The notes beneath the pieces were generated by a model. The model did no database searches and was not told the origin of the DNA. It was given only the letters and a program-made list of their open reading frames with translations. Positions 8,672 through 17,694 of a stretch of DNA of 64,000 nt are shown here, piece by piece. The stretch lies in NCBI GenBank assembly GCA_947500825.1, contig CANMTR010000013.1, positions 5,889-69,888 on the forward strand, in the 5' to 3' direction. Each line of letters opens with the position of its first letter. Position 1 is the first letter of the stretch. This DNA is from an uncultured Rhodobacteraceae bacterium (lineage in GTDB: Bacteria > Pseudomonadota > Alphaproteobacteria > Rhodobacterales > Rhodobacteraceae). Made by a program: the position numbers and the translations under genes.

Positions 8672-8754
8672 GGTGAGAACCCGATCCATCAGTCTCTTTA
8701 CTTTCGAACTACCGGCAGGGACATTTAGCGGCAGTTCAGGGCAATACCGACGCA

Positions 8755-9822
8755 ATGACCATATTTCCAACCTTCACGATGCGCCTGATACGTCGCGCGG
8801 CGCGTCATGCCGTGGGGGCGAGCTGGCGGTTCACCGCGTTCGTCACTGCGGGGCACGCGACAAGTGCCGCGGTGGGGCTCTTGCTTCTGGGGGAGACGGC
8901 TCTCGTAGCTTCGGTTACGCAGTTCGCCTACTTCTACATCGTCACCGGCTCATCGGTGGGCTATGGCGACTTCTCTCCGTCCAGCGATGCCGGAAAACTC
9001 TTTACTGCGCTCTGGGTCATTCCGGGCGCGATCTCGATCTTCGCCTTCGTCGTTGGCAAGATCATCGGCGAGGTCAGCATGGGGATGCGCAAGATCATGA
9101 ACGGCCATGGCGATTTTTCCGACAAGACCGGCCATCTGGTCATTATCGGGTGGGTCGAAGGACATACTGCCCGACTGCTCGAGGAAACCCGACACCTCCA
9201 CGGCGCCCGTGACGTTGTCATCGTGTCGAGCCATGACCTGTCGGGGGTACGGGCCGGTTGGGACTGGATCCGCGCCAGCTCTCTCGCCAGTGCCTCCGAC
9301 CTGCGTCGAAGTGGCATCCTGGGCGCGGATTTCATCGTGATCCTGGCGGAGAGCGACGACGAAAGCCTGACGGCCTCGCTTGCCATCGGGGCCATGGAGC
9401 TCCGGGGGCATTGCGTTGCCTTCTTTGCCGACCCGGCTCCGGCCGATCTGATCGAGACACATTGCCCGACGATCGAGACCGTGACCTCGAACACGATCGA
9501 GCAGGTTGCCCGCTCCCTCAGCGATCCTGGTGCCAGCGACCTCCTGCGGCGGTTGGTTTCGACCCGGGCCGGCGCGACGTTGTATTCCACGAAGATTTCG
9601 GCCCCCGGAGGGATCACCGTGCAGCAGGCGATGGCATCGCTTCTCGACCGATATGGCGCCACGTTGATCGGATACAGGCCATCCGACGGAGCCGATCCGA
9701 TCATGGCAATGAGACCGGACACCGAACTGGCGCGGGGCCAGACGATCTATTACATCGCCGGAACGCGACTTCCAGCCGAGGTCGATCTTGCTGCCACCCA
9801 GCCAAAAGGCGTGGCGGGCTGA
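8755..9822 (+). CDS. Two-TM potassium channel with C-terminal RCK/TrkA-N domain
   Basis: 355-aa ORF. It has TM1, a pore helix and filter (FAYFYIVTGSSVGYGDFSP) and TM2, followed by a Rossmann-like RCK domain (HLVIIGWVEGHTARLLEE). Confidence 0.8.
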   Translation: MTIFPTFTMRLIRRAARHAVGASWRFTAFVTAGHATSAAVGLLLLGETALVASVTQFAYFYIVTGSSVGYGDFSPSSDAGKLFTALWVIPGAISIFAFVVGKIIGEVSMGMRKIMNGHGDFSDKTGHLVIIGWVEGHTARLLEETRHLHGARDVVIVSSHDLSGVRAGWDWIRASSLASASDLRRSGILGADFIVILAESDDESLTASLAIGAMELRGHCVAFFADPAPADLIETHCPTIETVTSNTIEQVARSLSDPGASDLLRRLVSTRAGATLYSTKISAPGGITVQQAMASLLDRYGATLIGYRPSDGADPIMAMRPDTELARGQTIYYIAGTRLPAEVDLAATQPKGVAG

Positions 9823-10248
9823 GACAACGTATGAAAAGCCGCTGTTTCTCTGCCCTGGGTCAGGTTCCGGTCTGTGACCTGGGGATAGACATGGCTTGAC
9901 CCAGCTCCCCACGACAGGCCTGACCGGCGTCTGACGTGACTGGTCTCCCAAGTCTCTTCTTGCTTCACACCAGATGCCATGAGCGATGCTACCACGGAAC
10001 CTTCCGTCTTGCGGCACGGTCTGCCGTTACTTTCGCACAGCGCGGCTGAAAGCTAGCGCCGACCCGATCATACCGCGTGAGCTGAAGAACCACGCTTCAT
10101 CAAGCCAAATAGCCAATGACAACACGTAATTATTACATAATATTCATTCGGCGCCACAACCCTGTAGCCGCAAAGCTAGAATGTCCCACCACTGCAAAGT
10201 AGACGTGTCACGTTCCCCCCCCCGGGCGAAGAAGGTCGGAGCTTGGCC

Positions 10249-10680
10249 ATGAAACGAGTTCTGATGAGCGAGCGGAACTGAACCGCGGCGAAATACTGGG
10301 CTAGGTGGTGCAGCGGCGGGCGACGGTTCGGTCGGCGGACGAGGTGATGGATCTCGGTCCTCGCCAGGTTCATCGGTTCTTGAAGGCGTTTGAGGCCAAA
10401 GGTCCAGGGGCGATCCGGCACAAGGCCCGCGGCCGTGTGTCGAACCACAGGACAGGTCCCGCCGTGCGGGAGTACGCGCTGATGCTCCTACGTGAGCGTT
10501 ATCCGGATTTCGGCCCGACGCTGGCCGCCGAGAAGCTGGCGGAGAATCTCGGATTGAAGGTCTCCCGCAAGACGCTCCGCAAATGGATGATCGCGGGTGG
10601 CATCTGGCTGTCACGCAAACAGCGTCGGAGATTCAACCAGCCTCGCCTGCGCCAGGAATGGCTGATTCAGCCCTCCCAGC
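10249..10680 (+). pseudogene. ISNCY-like (HTH + rve type) transposase N-terminal remnant with frameshift and in-frame stop
   Basis: MKRVLMSER, then a frameshift, ELNRGEILG, then a TAG stop, then VVQRRATVRSADEVMDLGPRQVHRFLKAFEAKGPGAIRHKARGRVSNHR...RYPDFGPTLAAEKLAENLGLKVSRKTLRKWMIAGGIWLSRKQRRRFNQPRLRQEW. The catalytic domain is missing. Confidence 0.65.
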
Positions 10681-10765
10681 GACATTATTTTGCGAAGGGA
10701 TGCGAGGGATTCACGTCGTGGAGCGTTGCGGGTGTTCGAACCCGTGCCGAAAGCTTCTCCGGCCC

Positions 10766-11150
10766 GCTACCGCATGACGAACTGGACTGCTTAACGCGTT
10801 GCTACGCAAGCGGGCTCGTTGGCGGTGTGGTTCGATCATAACATGGCTTGGCATGGGGAGAAATCTGGCAAGCGGAGAGAGCCCGGAGCCTTCCCGGATA
10901 CCGCGATCCAGACCTGCCTGCCGCGGGAGCGCGAAGGGCGGCCCGAAAATGATTCGGGGCTCGTTTCAGCCATTGACGGGGAGAGCCCCGGATATGTTTG
11001 CTCACTCGATGCGCCAGACGGCTGAAGTCAGTCCAGGAAACTCCGACCTCTTCGAAGAACAACTTTCGTTGAGGCGGAGCACGCCTTTACCGGGTGGCGA
11101 AGCAGTCACCTTTGGATTAGGGCCTCTAAATATCAGGTCGCGGAGGTCAG
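10766..11150 (+). pseudogene. IS5-family transposase N-terminal remnant, frameshifted
   Basis: Fragments across several frames: YRMTNWTA / NALLRKRA / AVWFDHNMAWHGEKSGKRREPGAFPDTAIQTCL. They match the conserved IS5 N-terminus pattern (..NW.AYNEAL.RRGSLT.WFD..M.W....GKRGR...FSDAAIQTCL). The downstream part is degraded. Confidence 0.5.
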
Positions 11151-11251
11151 GCCTTCTGCGGCTTTTTCGTTCATCGTCTTTCCGCCTCATGAAGGACACA
11201 AATTTCAATAATTGCATGATTATAAAGACAAGATTGAATTCTAGCGGTACG

Positions 11252-12262
11252 ATGGTCATGGCGTCTTCGAAACCACAACTTCTCTCGATCATAGTGCCGG
11301 TCTTCAACGAGGAAGAGGCTATCGCACCGTTCCTCTCGCACGTTTTTCGCGTGACAGAGGGCCTCGAGAACGTGGAGTGCGAAATCATCTTCGTCGATGA
11401 CGGGTCGCGCGACGGTACGAGCCGTGCGGTTCGTGACGCCCACGCATCGAACCCTTCAGTTTGCCTTGTTCGCCTGAGCCGCAATTTCGGGAAGGAAGCC
11501 GCGCTGACCGCAGGCCTCGAGGTCTCGAGAGGGGACGCGGTTATTCCCATGGATGTGGACCTTCAGGATCCTCCCGCCCTCATCGCCGACTTCGTGAAAC
11601 ACTGGCGCGCGGGGTATGAGGTCGTCTACGGCCAGCGCGTGGACCGCGCCTCCGACACCGGCATGAAGAGCGGCTCGGCGGGGATGTTCTACACCCTGTT
11701 CAACCGCGTCTCCTCACTGGAGATCGAACCGAATGTCGGGGATTTCCGGCTGATGGACCGCCGGGCGGTGGATGCGACCCTGCAGCTGCGCGAGCGCAAT
11801 CGCTTCATGAAGGGCATCTTCGCCTGGGTGGGATTTCGCAGCCTGGGCGTTCCCTATTCCCGGCCTGCGCGCACGGTCGGCACGACCAAGTTCAATTACT
11901 GGAAGCTATGGAACTTCGCGCTCGACGGGATCACGAGTTTTTCCACCGTGCCCTTGCGGATCTGGACCTATATCGGCGGGACGGTGGCGTTGGCGGCGCT
12001 TCTCTACACGGCGACGATCGTGTTTCAGACGCTCCTGTTCGGCCGCGACGTTCCCGGCTACGCTTCGCTGATGGTGGTGGTGCTGATGCTGGGCGCGGTT
12101 CAACTGATCTCGCTCGGCATCATCGGCGAGTATCTCGGCCGCTTGTATATCGAGTCGAAACGGCGCCCGATTTATCTCGTTCAGGAACAGGTCGGTTTCC
12201 ATGCCAACCCCGACCAGTTTCACCGGGTCGGTGGCGAAGCCGTCGTAGAGGTCGGCGAGTAG
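11252..12262 (+). CDS. gtrB: Family 2 glycosyltransferase, GtrB/ArnC-like polyprenyl-phosphate sugar synthase
   Basis: Inside the ORF 10799..12262, the conserved part starts at MVMASSKPQLLSIIVPVFNEEEAI...VDDGSRDGT...NFGKEAAL...MDVDLQDPP and ends with two C-terminal TM helices. An A/T-rich stretch lies just upstream. Confidence 0.9.
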   Translation: MVMASSKPQLLSIIVPVFNEEEAIAPFLSHVFRVTEGLENVECEIIFVDDGSRDGTSRAVRDAHASNPSVCLVRLSRNFGKEAALTAGLEVSRGDAVIPMDVDLQDPPALIADFVKHWRAGYEVVYGQRVDRASDTGMKSGSAGMFYTLFNRVSSLEIEPNVGDFRLMDRRAVDATLQLRERNRFMKGIFAWVGFRSLGVPYSRPARTVGTTKFNYWKLWNFALDGITSFSTVPLRIWTYIGGTVALAALLYTATIVFQTLLFGRDVPGYASLMVVVLMLGAVQLISLGIIGEYLGRLYIESKRRPIYLVQEQVGFHANPDQFHRVGGEAVVEVGE

Positions 12263-12265
12263 GCG

Positions 12266-12652
12266 ATGGTCGGCTCCGTGAAGGAAATCGGCCGATTCGG
12301 CGTCGTCGGCGTAGGGGCTACCCTCGTGCATTTCGCGGTTCTGACCCTGGCCGTGGAGCAGACCCGCATTCCGCCTTCCCTGGCAAATGGCCTGGCGTTC
12401 CTTTGCGCGCTGAGCGTGACCTATCTGGGCCAGTCCCTCTGGGTGTTTCGCCACCGCAGCCGGCACGGTGCGGACCAACTGGCCCGCTTCGGCGTCTCCC
12501 TGGGGATCGGGATGCTGGCCAACGTCGCGATAATGGCAGTTAGCGTGCACGCGCTGGGGCTCGGATACAGGGTCGGCTTCGTCCTCGGCTTGATCCTGGT
12601 GCCGGCGCTGAGTTTCGTGATCAATCGATACTGGGTGTTCCGGCATGTCTGA
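12266..12652 (+). CDS. gtrA: GtrA-family membrane protein (putative polyprenyl-phosphate-sugar flippase)
   Basis: 128 aa with 4 TM segments. It has a typical GtrA N-terminus (IGRFGVVGVGATLVHFAVL) and C-terminus (SFVINRYWVFR). It starts 3 nt after the gtrB stop. Confidence 0.85.
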   Translation: MVGSVKEIGRFGVVGVGATLVHFAVLTLAVEQTRIPPSLANGLAFLCALSVTYLGQSLWVFRHRSRHGADQLARFGVSLGIGMLANVAIMAVSVHALGLGYRVGFVLGLILVPALSFVINRYWVFRHV

Positions 12653-14258
12653 TCTCCATTCCCGGACCCGCGCCGCCGACGCGTCGTGGATCGACTTGCG
12701 GCTCGCCGTTGGGCTGGTGGCGGCGGCGGCCCTGCTGCTGCGGCTCCATGGCCTGGGCGCGTTGCCCCTGTGGCTGGACGAGGCCTACAGTGCTTGGTTT
12801 TCCTCGCGGGATTGGTCGTATCTGTGGAGCGACGTTCCGCAGTTCGAGACGCACCCCTCCTTCTACTACTCGCTCCTGAAGCTCTGGCGCGCCTTTGGCG
12901 ACGACGAGGCAACCCTGCGCCTGCTCTCGGTTGTGCTCAATGTCGCGACGATCCCGCTCATCGCCGTGACGGCCCGGCTCTGCGGCGACCGCCATGCGGG
13001 CCGGCCGGCGTCCCTCGTGGCGGCGATCCTCTTCGCCTGTTCGGCGACCCAACTCCACGCAGCGCAGGAGGCTCGACCCTACGCGCTCATGACATTCGCC
13101 ATGGCACTGGCCCTGGCGTGCAGTGTTGCCGTCATGACAGCCGGCGCGCGCGCCCACGAACCCATGCGCCGGATGTTGATGCGAGACCGGCCCATGGTGC
13201 TGGCGTTCGTCGGCATCGGCGCCGGCCTCGCCCTGCTGGCCTGGAGTCACAATTTCGGTCCGGTTTTCGGCCTGATCCTCGCGGCCTGCCTGGTCGGTTA
13301 CTGGGTTTCCGTCGGCACGCCGCAAACCTTGTTCGTGAACTTCCTGATCTCCGCGGGGGTCGCGGCCGTGCTCTATGCGCCCAACATCCCCATCATCCTG
13401 ATGCAGACGCAGGCGATCGACAGTCAGGGTTTCTGGCTCTCCCCACCGGGGGCGAACACGATCGTCCGCGCGGCCGTCGCCATGCCCTTGGGTCTGTCCC
13501 CATACCAGGGGGCGCCGATAGCAGGTCTCGCAGCCCTTTCGGTGCTGACCACCCTCATCGGATTCGCGGGCCTTTTCCGGCAAGCGGTCCGTCCACCGCT
13601 GGCCGTGCCGGCCACACTGGTGGTCATGGGCATCGTGCCGGCCCTCGTATCCTTTCTCATAAGCCATCTCGGGCAGCCGGTCTTCCTGTTCCGCACGCTC
13701 CAGGCGTCCCAGGTTCCCGTCATGGTCTGCTTGGCCTTCGCGCCGTTCGCGTTCGGCTCCCCGGCGAGGTGGGGAATACTCGCTCTATTGACGCTCTTGG
13801 CGGCCTGTGCGCTGTGGTCGTTCCAGACGGGCAAACGTCCTTCGGCCGGAGAAGCTTGGCCGGAAATCGTCCGCACCATAGTGTCGCGCTCCGAAGCGAA
13901 GGTCCCCACCGTCCTCGTCTATCCCCCCGAGGCCGAACTTCCCCTGCTCTACTATACCGACCGGCTCGGCCTCGAACTCGATATCCGCACCGTGCCCGGG
14001 CCCTATCCCGCCCGAGGCTCCGAATATGCGTATCCCGCAGGCGGCGGCGGATCGCCGGGCATGACGCCGGCGATCCGCGACCAGGCGATGTCCATTCTCG
14101 CACAGGAGGCTGAGGCATGGTTCGTCACGCGTCGGCTCGACATCTACGATCCCACCGGCCTTCTGATGAGCGCGGTGGCGCGAGACTTTCCCTGCCTGAT
14201 CGACGACACGATCTCTCGTATCGAGCTTCGTCGTCGGGCGGGACCCGGGTGCTCTTGA
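12645..14258 (+). CDS. GT-C fold membrane glycosyltransferase (ArnT/PMT_2-like; GtrC-equivalent)
   Basis: 537 aa with many TM segments. The N-terminal motif LRLHGLGALPLWLDEAYSAW is typical of ArnT/PMT-family enzymes, and there is a soluble C-terminal domain. It overlaps the gtrA stop by 8 nt. Confidence 0.8.
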   Translation: MSDLHSRTRAADASWIDLRLAVGLVAAAALLLRLHGLGALPLWLDEAYSAWFSSRDWSYLWSDVPQFETHPSFYYSLLKLWRAFGDDEATLRLLSVVLNVATIPLIAVTARLCGDRHAGRPASLVAAILFACSATQLHAAQEARPYALMTFAMALALACSVAVMTAGARAHEPMRRMLMRDRPMVLAFVGIGAGLALLAWSHNFGPVFGLILAACLVGYWVSVGTPQTLFVNFLISAGVAAVLYAPNIPIILMQTQAIDSQGFWLSPPGANTIVRAAVAMPLGLSPYQGAPIAGLAALSVLTTLIGFAGLFRQAVRPPLAVPATLVVMGIVPALVSFLISHLGQPVFLFRTLQASQVPVMVCLAFAPFAFGSPARWGILALLTLLAACALWSFQTGKRPSAGEAWPEIVRTIVSRSEAKVPTVLVYPPEAELPLLYYTDRLGLELDIRTVPGPYPARGSEYAYPAGGGGSPGMTPAIRDQAMSILAQEAEAWFVTRRLDIYDPTGLLMSAVARDFPCLIDDTISRIELRRRAGPGCS

Positions 14259-14261
14259 GCG

Positions 14262-14282
14262 ACGCCGGGCCCGGGGTTTTTT
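14262..14282 (+). terminator. Possible intrinsic terminator after the GT-C gene
   Basis: A GC palindrome (CCGGGCCCGG, 14265-14274) is followed by T6 (14277-14282), 4 nt after the stop. The stem is short, so this is weak. Confidence 0.35.
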
Positions 14283-14539
14283 GCTTCAGGGACCGTGTTC
14301 ATGCAGAGCTCGTGGCCAGAGACTGACGATTGCAGCGATCGCGATGGTCGAAAATGAGGCTTCGGGGACAGGGTTCCACGGAGCGTCGCCCGTTCTCTCC
14401 TCCACGGCGCGGTTTTGATGCGCAAATAGGGTGAAGCCCGGGCTTCCCTTTCCCCCGAGACACTAGGAGCGCCTAACAGACAGTGTCCCCCGGCCGTCAC
14501 GTCGAGCGGGTATGACGATACATGAGCTCGTATCCGACG

Positions 14540-15250
14540 ATCTTTGAGCGGCGATGGCGCCGCTTCTTCCGACGCCCGGCGGGGCGTCGCGTTCGCCCCG
14601 AGATCCGTCATTCTCCGCGAGATTCTGCGCCGAAAGGCGTTCGGCTACCTTGGGATGACCTGCTGGCGCGGGATTCAGGGCCGGGACCGCGCCAAGGTGC
14701 CGGACCAACTGCATCGGGTTCCGCCGGAGCGATTGCACCGGGCGGAGAAGCTCGACTGGTCGCGAACCCCGATCGAAAGCGCCTCGATCGGCGCCGAAAG
14801 GGGAGGTGCCGCGACGGGGCCATTCCGACGGACAGGAGCAAGCCGGGGACGAGGCGCCATGCCGTCACCGACCGGCATGCTCGGCCCGATCCTCACCGGG
14901 GCGAACCGTCACGGCGGCATGGCCCGGGCGCCCGCCTTCAATTCTATTACGGGCGTAGGCCCCGGCCGCCGGGGACCGCCCTGAAAGCGCCCCGCCAACA
15001 AGCCCCCGACGGCCGGAGATGCCGTCTGGCATGCCGCACCCGGAACATCGCGCCACGCCTTGCCCGGAAGAGTATCGACAGGTCCGCCCATCCCGGTCGG
15101 CCGGGGGACGTTCCCCTGTCCCAATTCATCGGGCACGTCTTCTCGAACGCGCATCCGGTCGCGCGGGACCACCGGATGATCCAGACCAAAACCGCGACGG
15201 GACGTCGTGGGCGAACGCCGCAGGCTGCAGTCGCCGACCGCTACCGTGTC
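14540..15250 (+). pseudogene. IS5-family (IS427/IS1031-like) transposase, multiply frameshifted
   Basis: Fragments across frames: GYLGMTCWR; LPWDDL; KLDWSRTPIESASIGAERGG; PTDRSKPGTRRHAVTDRH; ILTGANRHG; RNIAPRLARKSIDRS. Their order matches that group of transposases. No intact ORF exists. Confidence 0.6.
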
Positions 15251-15458
15251 TGCCGCGCGGGAACGTCCGGCCCCTGTCCGTCGTGCAACTGGGCGCATGC
15301 TCAAACCCCGTGCCGGTTCGGTGGTTGCCTCTGCTGGGGTTTCGACGAAGAACACGAAGCGCCAGTCCCAAGATGCGTCCGGGCGCGAAACCATCGCGCG
15401 CGCGGACGGCGGCTGCCGCTGGACACCCCCCCTTCCCTCTCGACTGCGCCGACCACGG

Positions 15459-16811
15459 TCAAACCGCGCGCGGTCTTTTCGCGAGGTTCAGCCCCGCCTC
15501 GATCAGCGCGATGGCGACGAGCGACAGACCGACCAAGGGGAAGAAGAGGCCGGCCGCCACCGCCATCACCAGAACCGCACGCGGGATACGCCAGTCCGAG
15601 GGCACCGCCGGGGCGCCGAGCGATCCCGCCGGGCGCCGCTTCCACCACATCACGACGGCCGAGACCGCCATGACCACCATCGCGACGCACGCGACGAGCA
15701 GCACGACCTGATTCGCCAGGCCGAACTGCTGGCCCATGTGGATCGAGTTGCCCCATTCCGCCAGCCACCCCAATCTCCCCAGATCCGCCACGCCGAGGTC
15801 GAGCAGCACGTCGCCGGTATACTGGTCGAGATGGATCACCCGCTCCTGCGAGATATCGTGGGGATAGACAGAGGCAGTGAAGACGCCCTCCGCTCCCGCC
15901 GGCATGGCAACCTCGTAACCCGGGTGAAGGCCCGCCGCCTCCACCGTCGCGACTACGTCGTCGAGCGCGGCCGGAATGCCCTCGGACATGCCCGACATTG
16001 GCATCCCGTGATGTTCCATGATCCACGGCGTCTGCTCCATCACCGTGCCGGCAGGAACGTCGGAGGTCGGCAGGTTCGACCAGTAGCCGTCGGTCATGCC
16101 CATCCCCGCGGCGTAGGACAGGTCGTAGAAATATTTGCCCCAGACACCCGTCCAGGGGAGCCCGGTCAGGGCGAGGAACAGGACGAACCCCGTGGCGTAG
16201 ATGCCGGTAACCGCATGGATATCGCGCCACAGGGGGCGTCCGCGCGTCCGGCGCGGGGCCATCACGCCGACTTTGCGGCCACGTGGCCACCACAGATAGA
16301 CGCCGGTCGCCACCAGCAATACCATCCAGCCCGCGACGGCCTCGACGATCCGGTTGCCCCACCAGCCGACATATTCGAGCGAGTGCAGCTTGCGCACCAG
16401 CCACATCGGGGTCGACCCCGACGGCCCGGCATCCCAGGCCGAGCCGACCACCGCGCCGTCGTAGGGATTCACGTAGACTGTGTCGGTCGTCCCGTCCTCG
16501 CCGGCGATCTTCACCTGCGCCGTGCGGTCGGGAGCGGGGGGCGGGACATAGGCGACGAGGGAGCCGGGATGAGTTTCCAGCGCCGCCCCAGTGATCTCCG
16601 AAGGGGCGAGCGCCTGCGTCTCTGACGGAGTGACGAAACGGCGTCCGGAATAGGCCGCGTCGTTGATCTCGTCCTTGAAGAGATAGATCGCGCCGGTGAC
16701 GGCGATCAGGATCACGAAGGGCAGGACGATCAGCCCGGCGAAGAAATGCCAGCGCCAGACGGCACGGTAGAGCGCGGAGGACCGCTGCGGGGTCGGCGTC
16801 GTGGTGGTCAT
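15459..16811 (-). CDS. PepSY-associated TM helix domain protein (PiuB-like)
   Basis: ORF 15459..16925. The start was chosen at MTTTTPTPQRSSALYRAVWRWHFFAGLIVLPFVILIAVTGAIYLF. Typical PepSY_TM architecture, with repeated TM pairs and periplasmic loops. Confidence 0.85.
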   Translation of the reverse strand: MTTTTPTPQRSSALYRAVWRWHFFAGLIVLPFVILIAVTGAIYLFKDEINDAAYSGRRFVTPSETQALAPSEITGAALETHPGSLVAYVPPPAPDRTAQVKIAGEDGTTDTVYVNPYDGAVVGSAWDAGPSGSTPMWLVRKLHSLEYVGWWGNRIVEAVAGWMVLLVATGVYLWWPRGRKVGVMAPRRTRGRPLWRDIHAVTGIYATGFVLFLALTGLPWTGVWGKYFYDLSYAAGMGMTDGYWSNLPTSDVPAGTVMEQTPWIMEHHGMPMSGMSEGIPAALDDVVATVEAAGLHPGYEVAMPAGAEGVFTASVYPHDISQERVIHLDQYTGDVLLDLGVADLGRLGWLAEWGNSIHMGQQFGLANQVVLLVACVAMVVMAVSAVVMWWKRRPAGSLGAPAVPSDWRIPRAVLVMAVAAGLFFPLVGLSLVAIALIEAGLNLAKRPRAV

Positions 16812-17404
16812 GACAAGGGGTCCAGCTTGGAGGTTGCGTTTCGCCACCGTCTCTCGGACGGCCAGAAGGGTTTCATGCGTCGACGCCGCGTGGCCTAGCC
16901 GGGCGTTCCGATTCCGGGAAGGCACGTCGCGAAGACCGCGAGAGGTTCAAACGTGGATCGCCCGAGGCATGATAGCGGCGCAATGTTGCCCGCGCGTCGC
17001 GCGCCGATCCCTGCCGGGGCATGCCCGTCCGATGCGAAGGAGCAGTGCCTTGGGGCGGAAGGGATCGGACGTGTATGACGCGCGCGTGCACAGACGTAGG
17101 GATCGCCGAACCGCGTCAGGCAGGAAGGCCTGGCGGTTCATGGATTCGGACACCTCGCCGCCTTCCGTCGGCAGCTTGCCGTTCGCAAGCGCAATACCCT
17201 TAAACGAGGGACAAGGTCCTTCTCGTCCGGCGGCCCGCTCCACCCTCGAAACACACTCCGCCGGTCTCGCCATGGCGCTCGATATCCCGAAGGCGGGGCG
17301 GGGCGAAGATTCGCTGCGCCTTCGCCGATACCGTCCGCCCGCGATACGAGTGGCCGATCCAAACCCTCGAACCGTCTTACTTGCCGCGGGCGGCAAATAC
17401 TGCC

Positions 17405-17580
17405 AGTGATCGTGGCGTCGGTTTCCTTCGGGAAAGAAAAAGGGAATCCGTTCCGGCTCCGGCCGGGAAACGGAACTGCCCCCGCAACTGTAGGCGGCGA
17501 GCGCCTGTCGACGTGCCACTGGGATCACCCCGGGAAGGCGAGAGGTGCCGCGACCCGCCAGTCAGGAGACCTGCCGACGG
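17405..17580 (+). promoter_or_regulatory. Cobalamin (B12) riboswitch
   Basis: Conserved core AAAGGGAATCCG...GGAAACGGAACTGCCCCCGCAACTGTAGG, then GTGCCACTGGG...CCGGGAAGGCG, then the B12 box GCCAGTCAGGAGACCTGCC (about 17557-17575). It lies about 115 nt upstream of the binding-protein gene. Confidence 0.85.
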
Positions 17581-17694
17581 ACATGAAACCACGACCGGAC
17601 GGGGTGTGCCGGGGCGGGAAACCTGTCGCGTCCGTTCGGTCGCCCATCGTTTCACGTCTCGTCCCGAACGGTCACATCTGACGGGACGGATCGG

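Noticed and set aside
7844-8679. 8-bp target-site duplication flanking the IS6 copy
   Set aside because: The flanks (cgccgatg on the left, ggtgagaa on the right) do not match, so no TSD is claimed. This is noted as consistent with a recombination-mediated history.
14522-15673. 383-aa plus-strand ORF in the 14.3-15.5 kb gap
   Set aside because: The translation is R/P-rich and only patchily similar to transposases. It is better explained as read-through of a multiply frameshifted IS427-like pseudogene than as a gene.
16947-17528. 193-aa minus-strand ORF, and a possible second cobalamin riboswitch on the minus strand ahead of the PepSY gene
   Set aside because: The ORF overlaps the plus-strand riboswitch and has no recognisable motif. 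I found isolated GCCACT- and GACCGGC-like words on the minus strand, but not the ordered conserved core. Not called.
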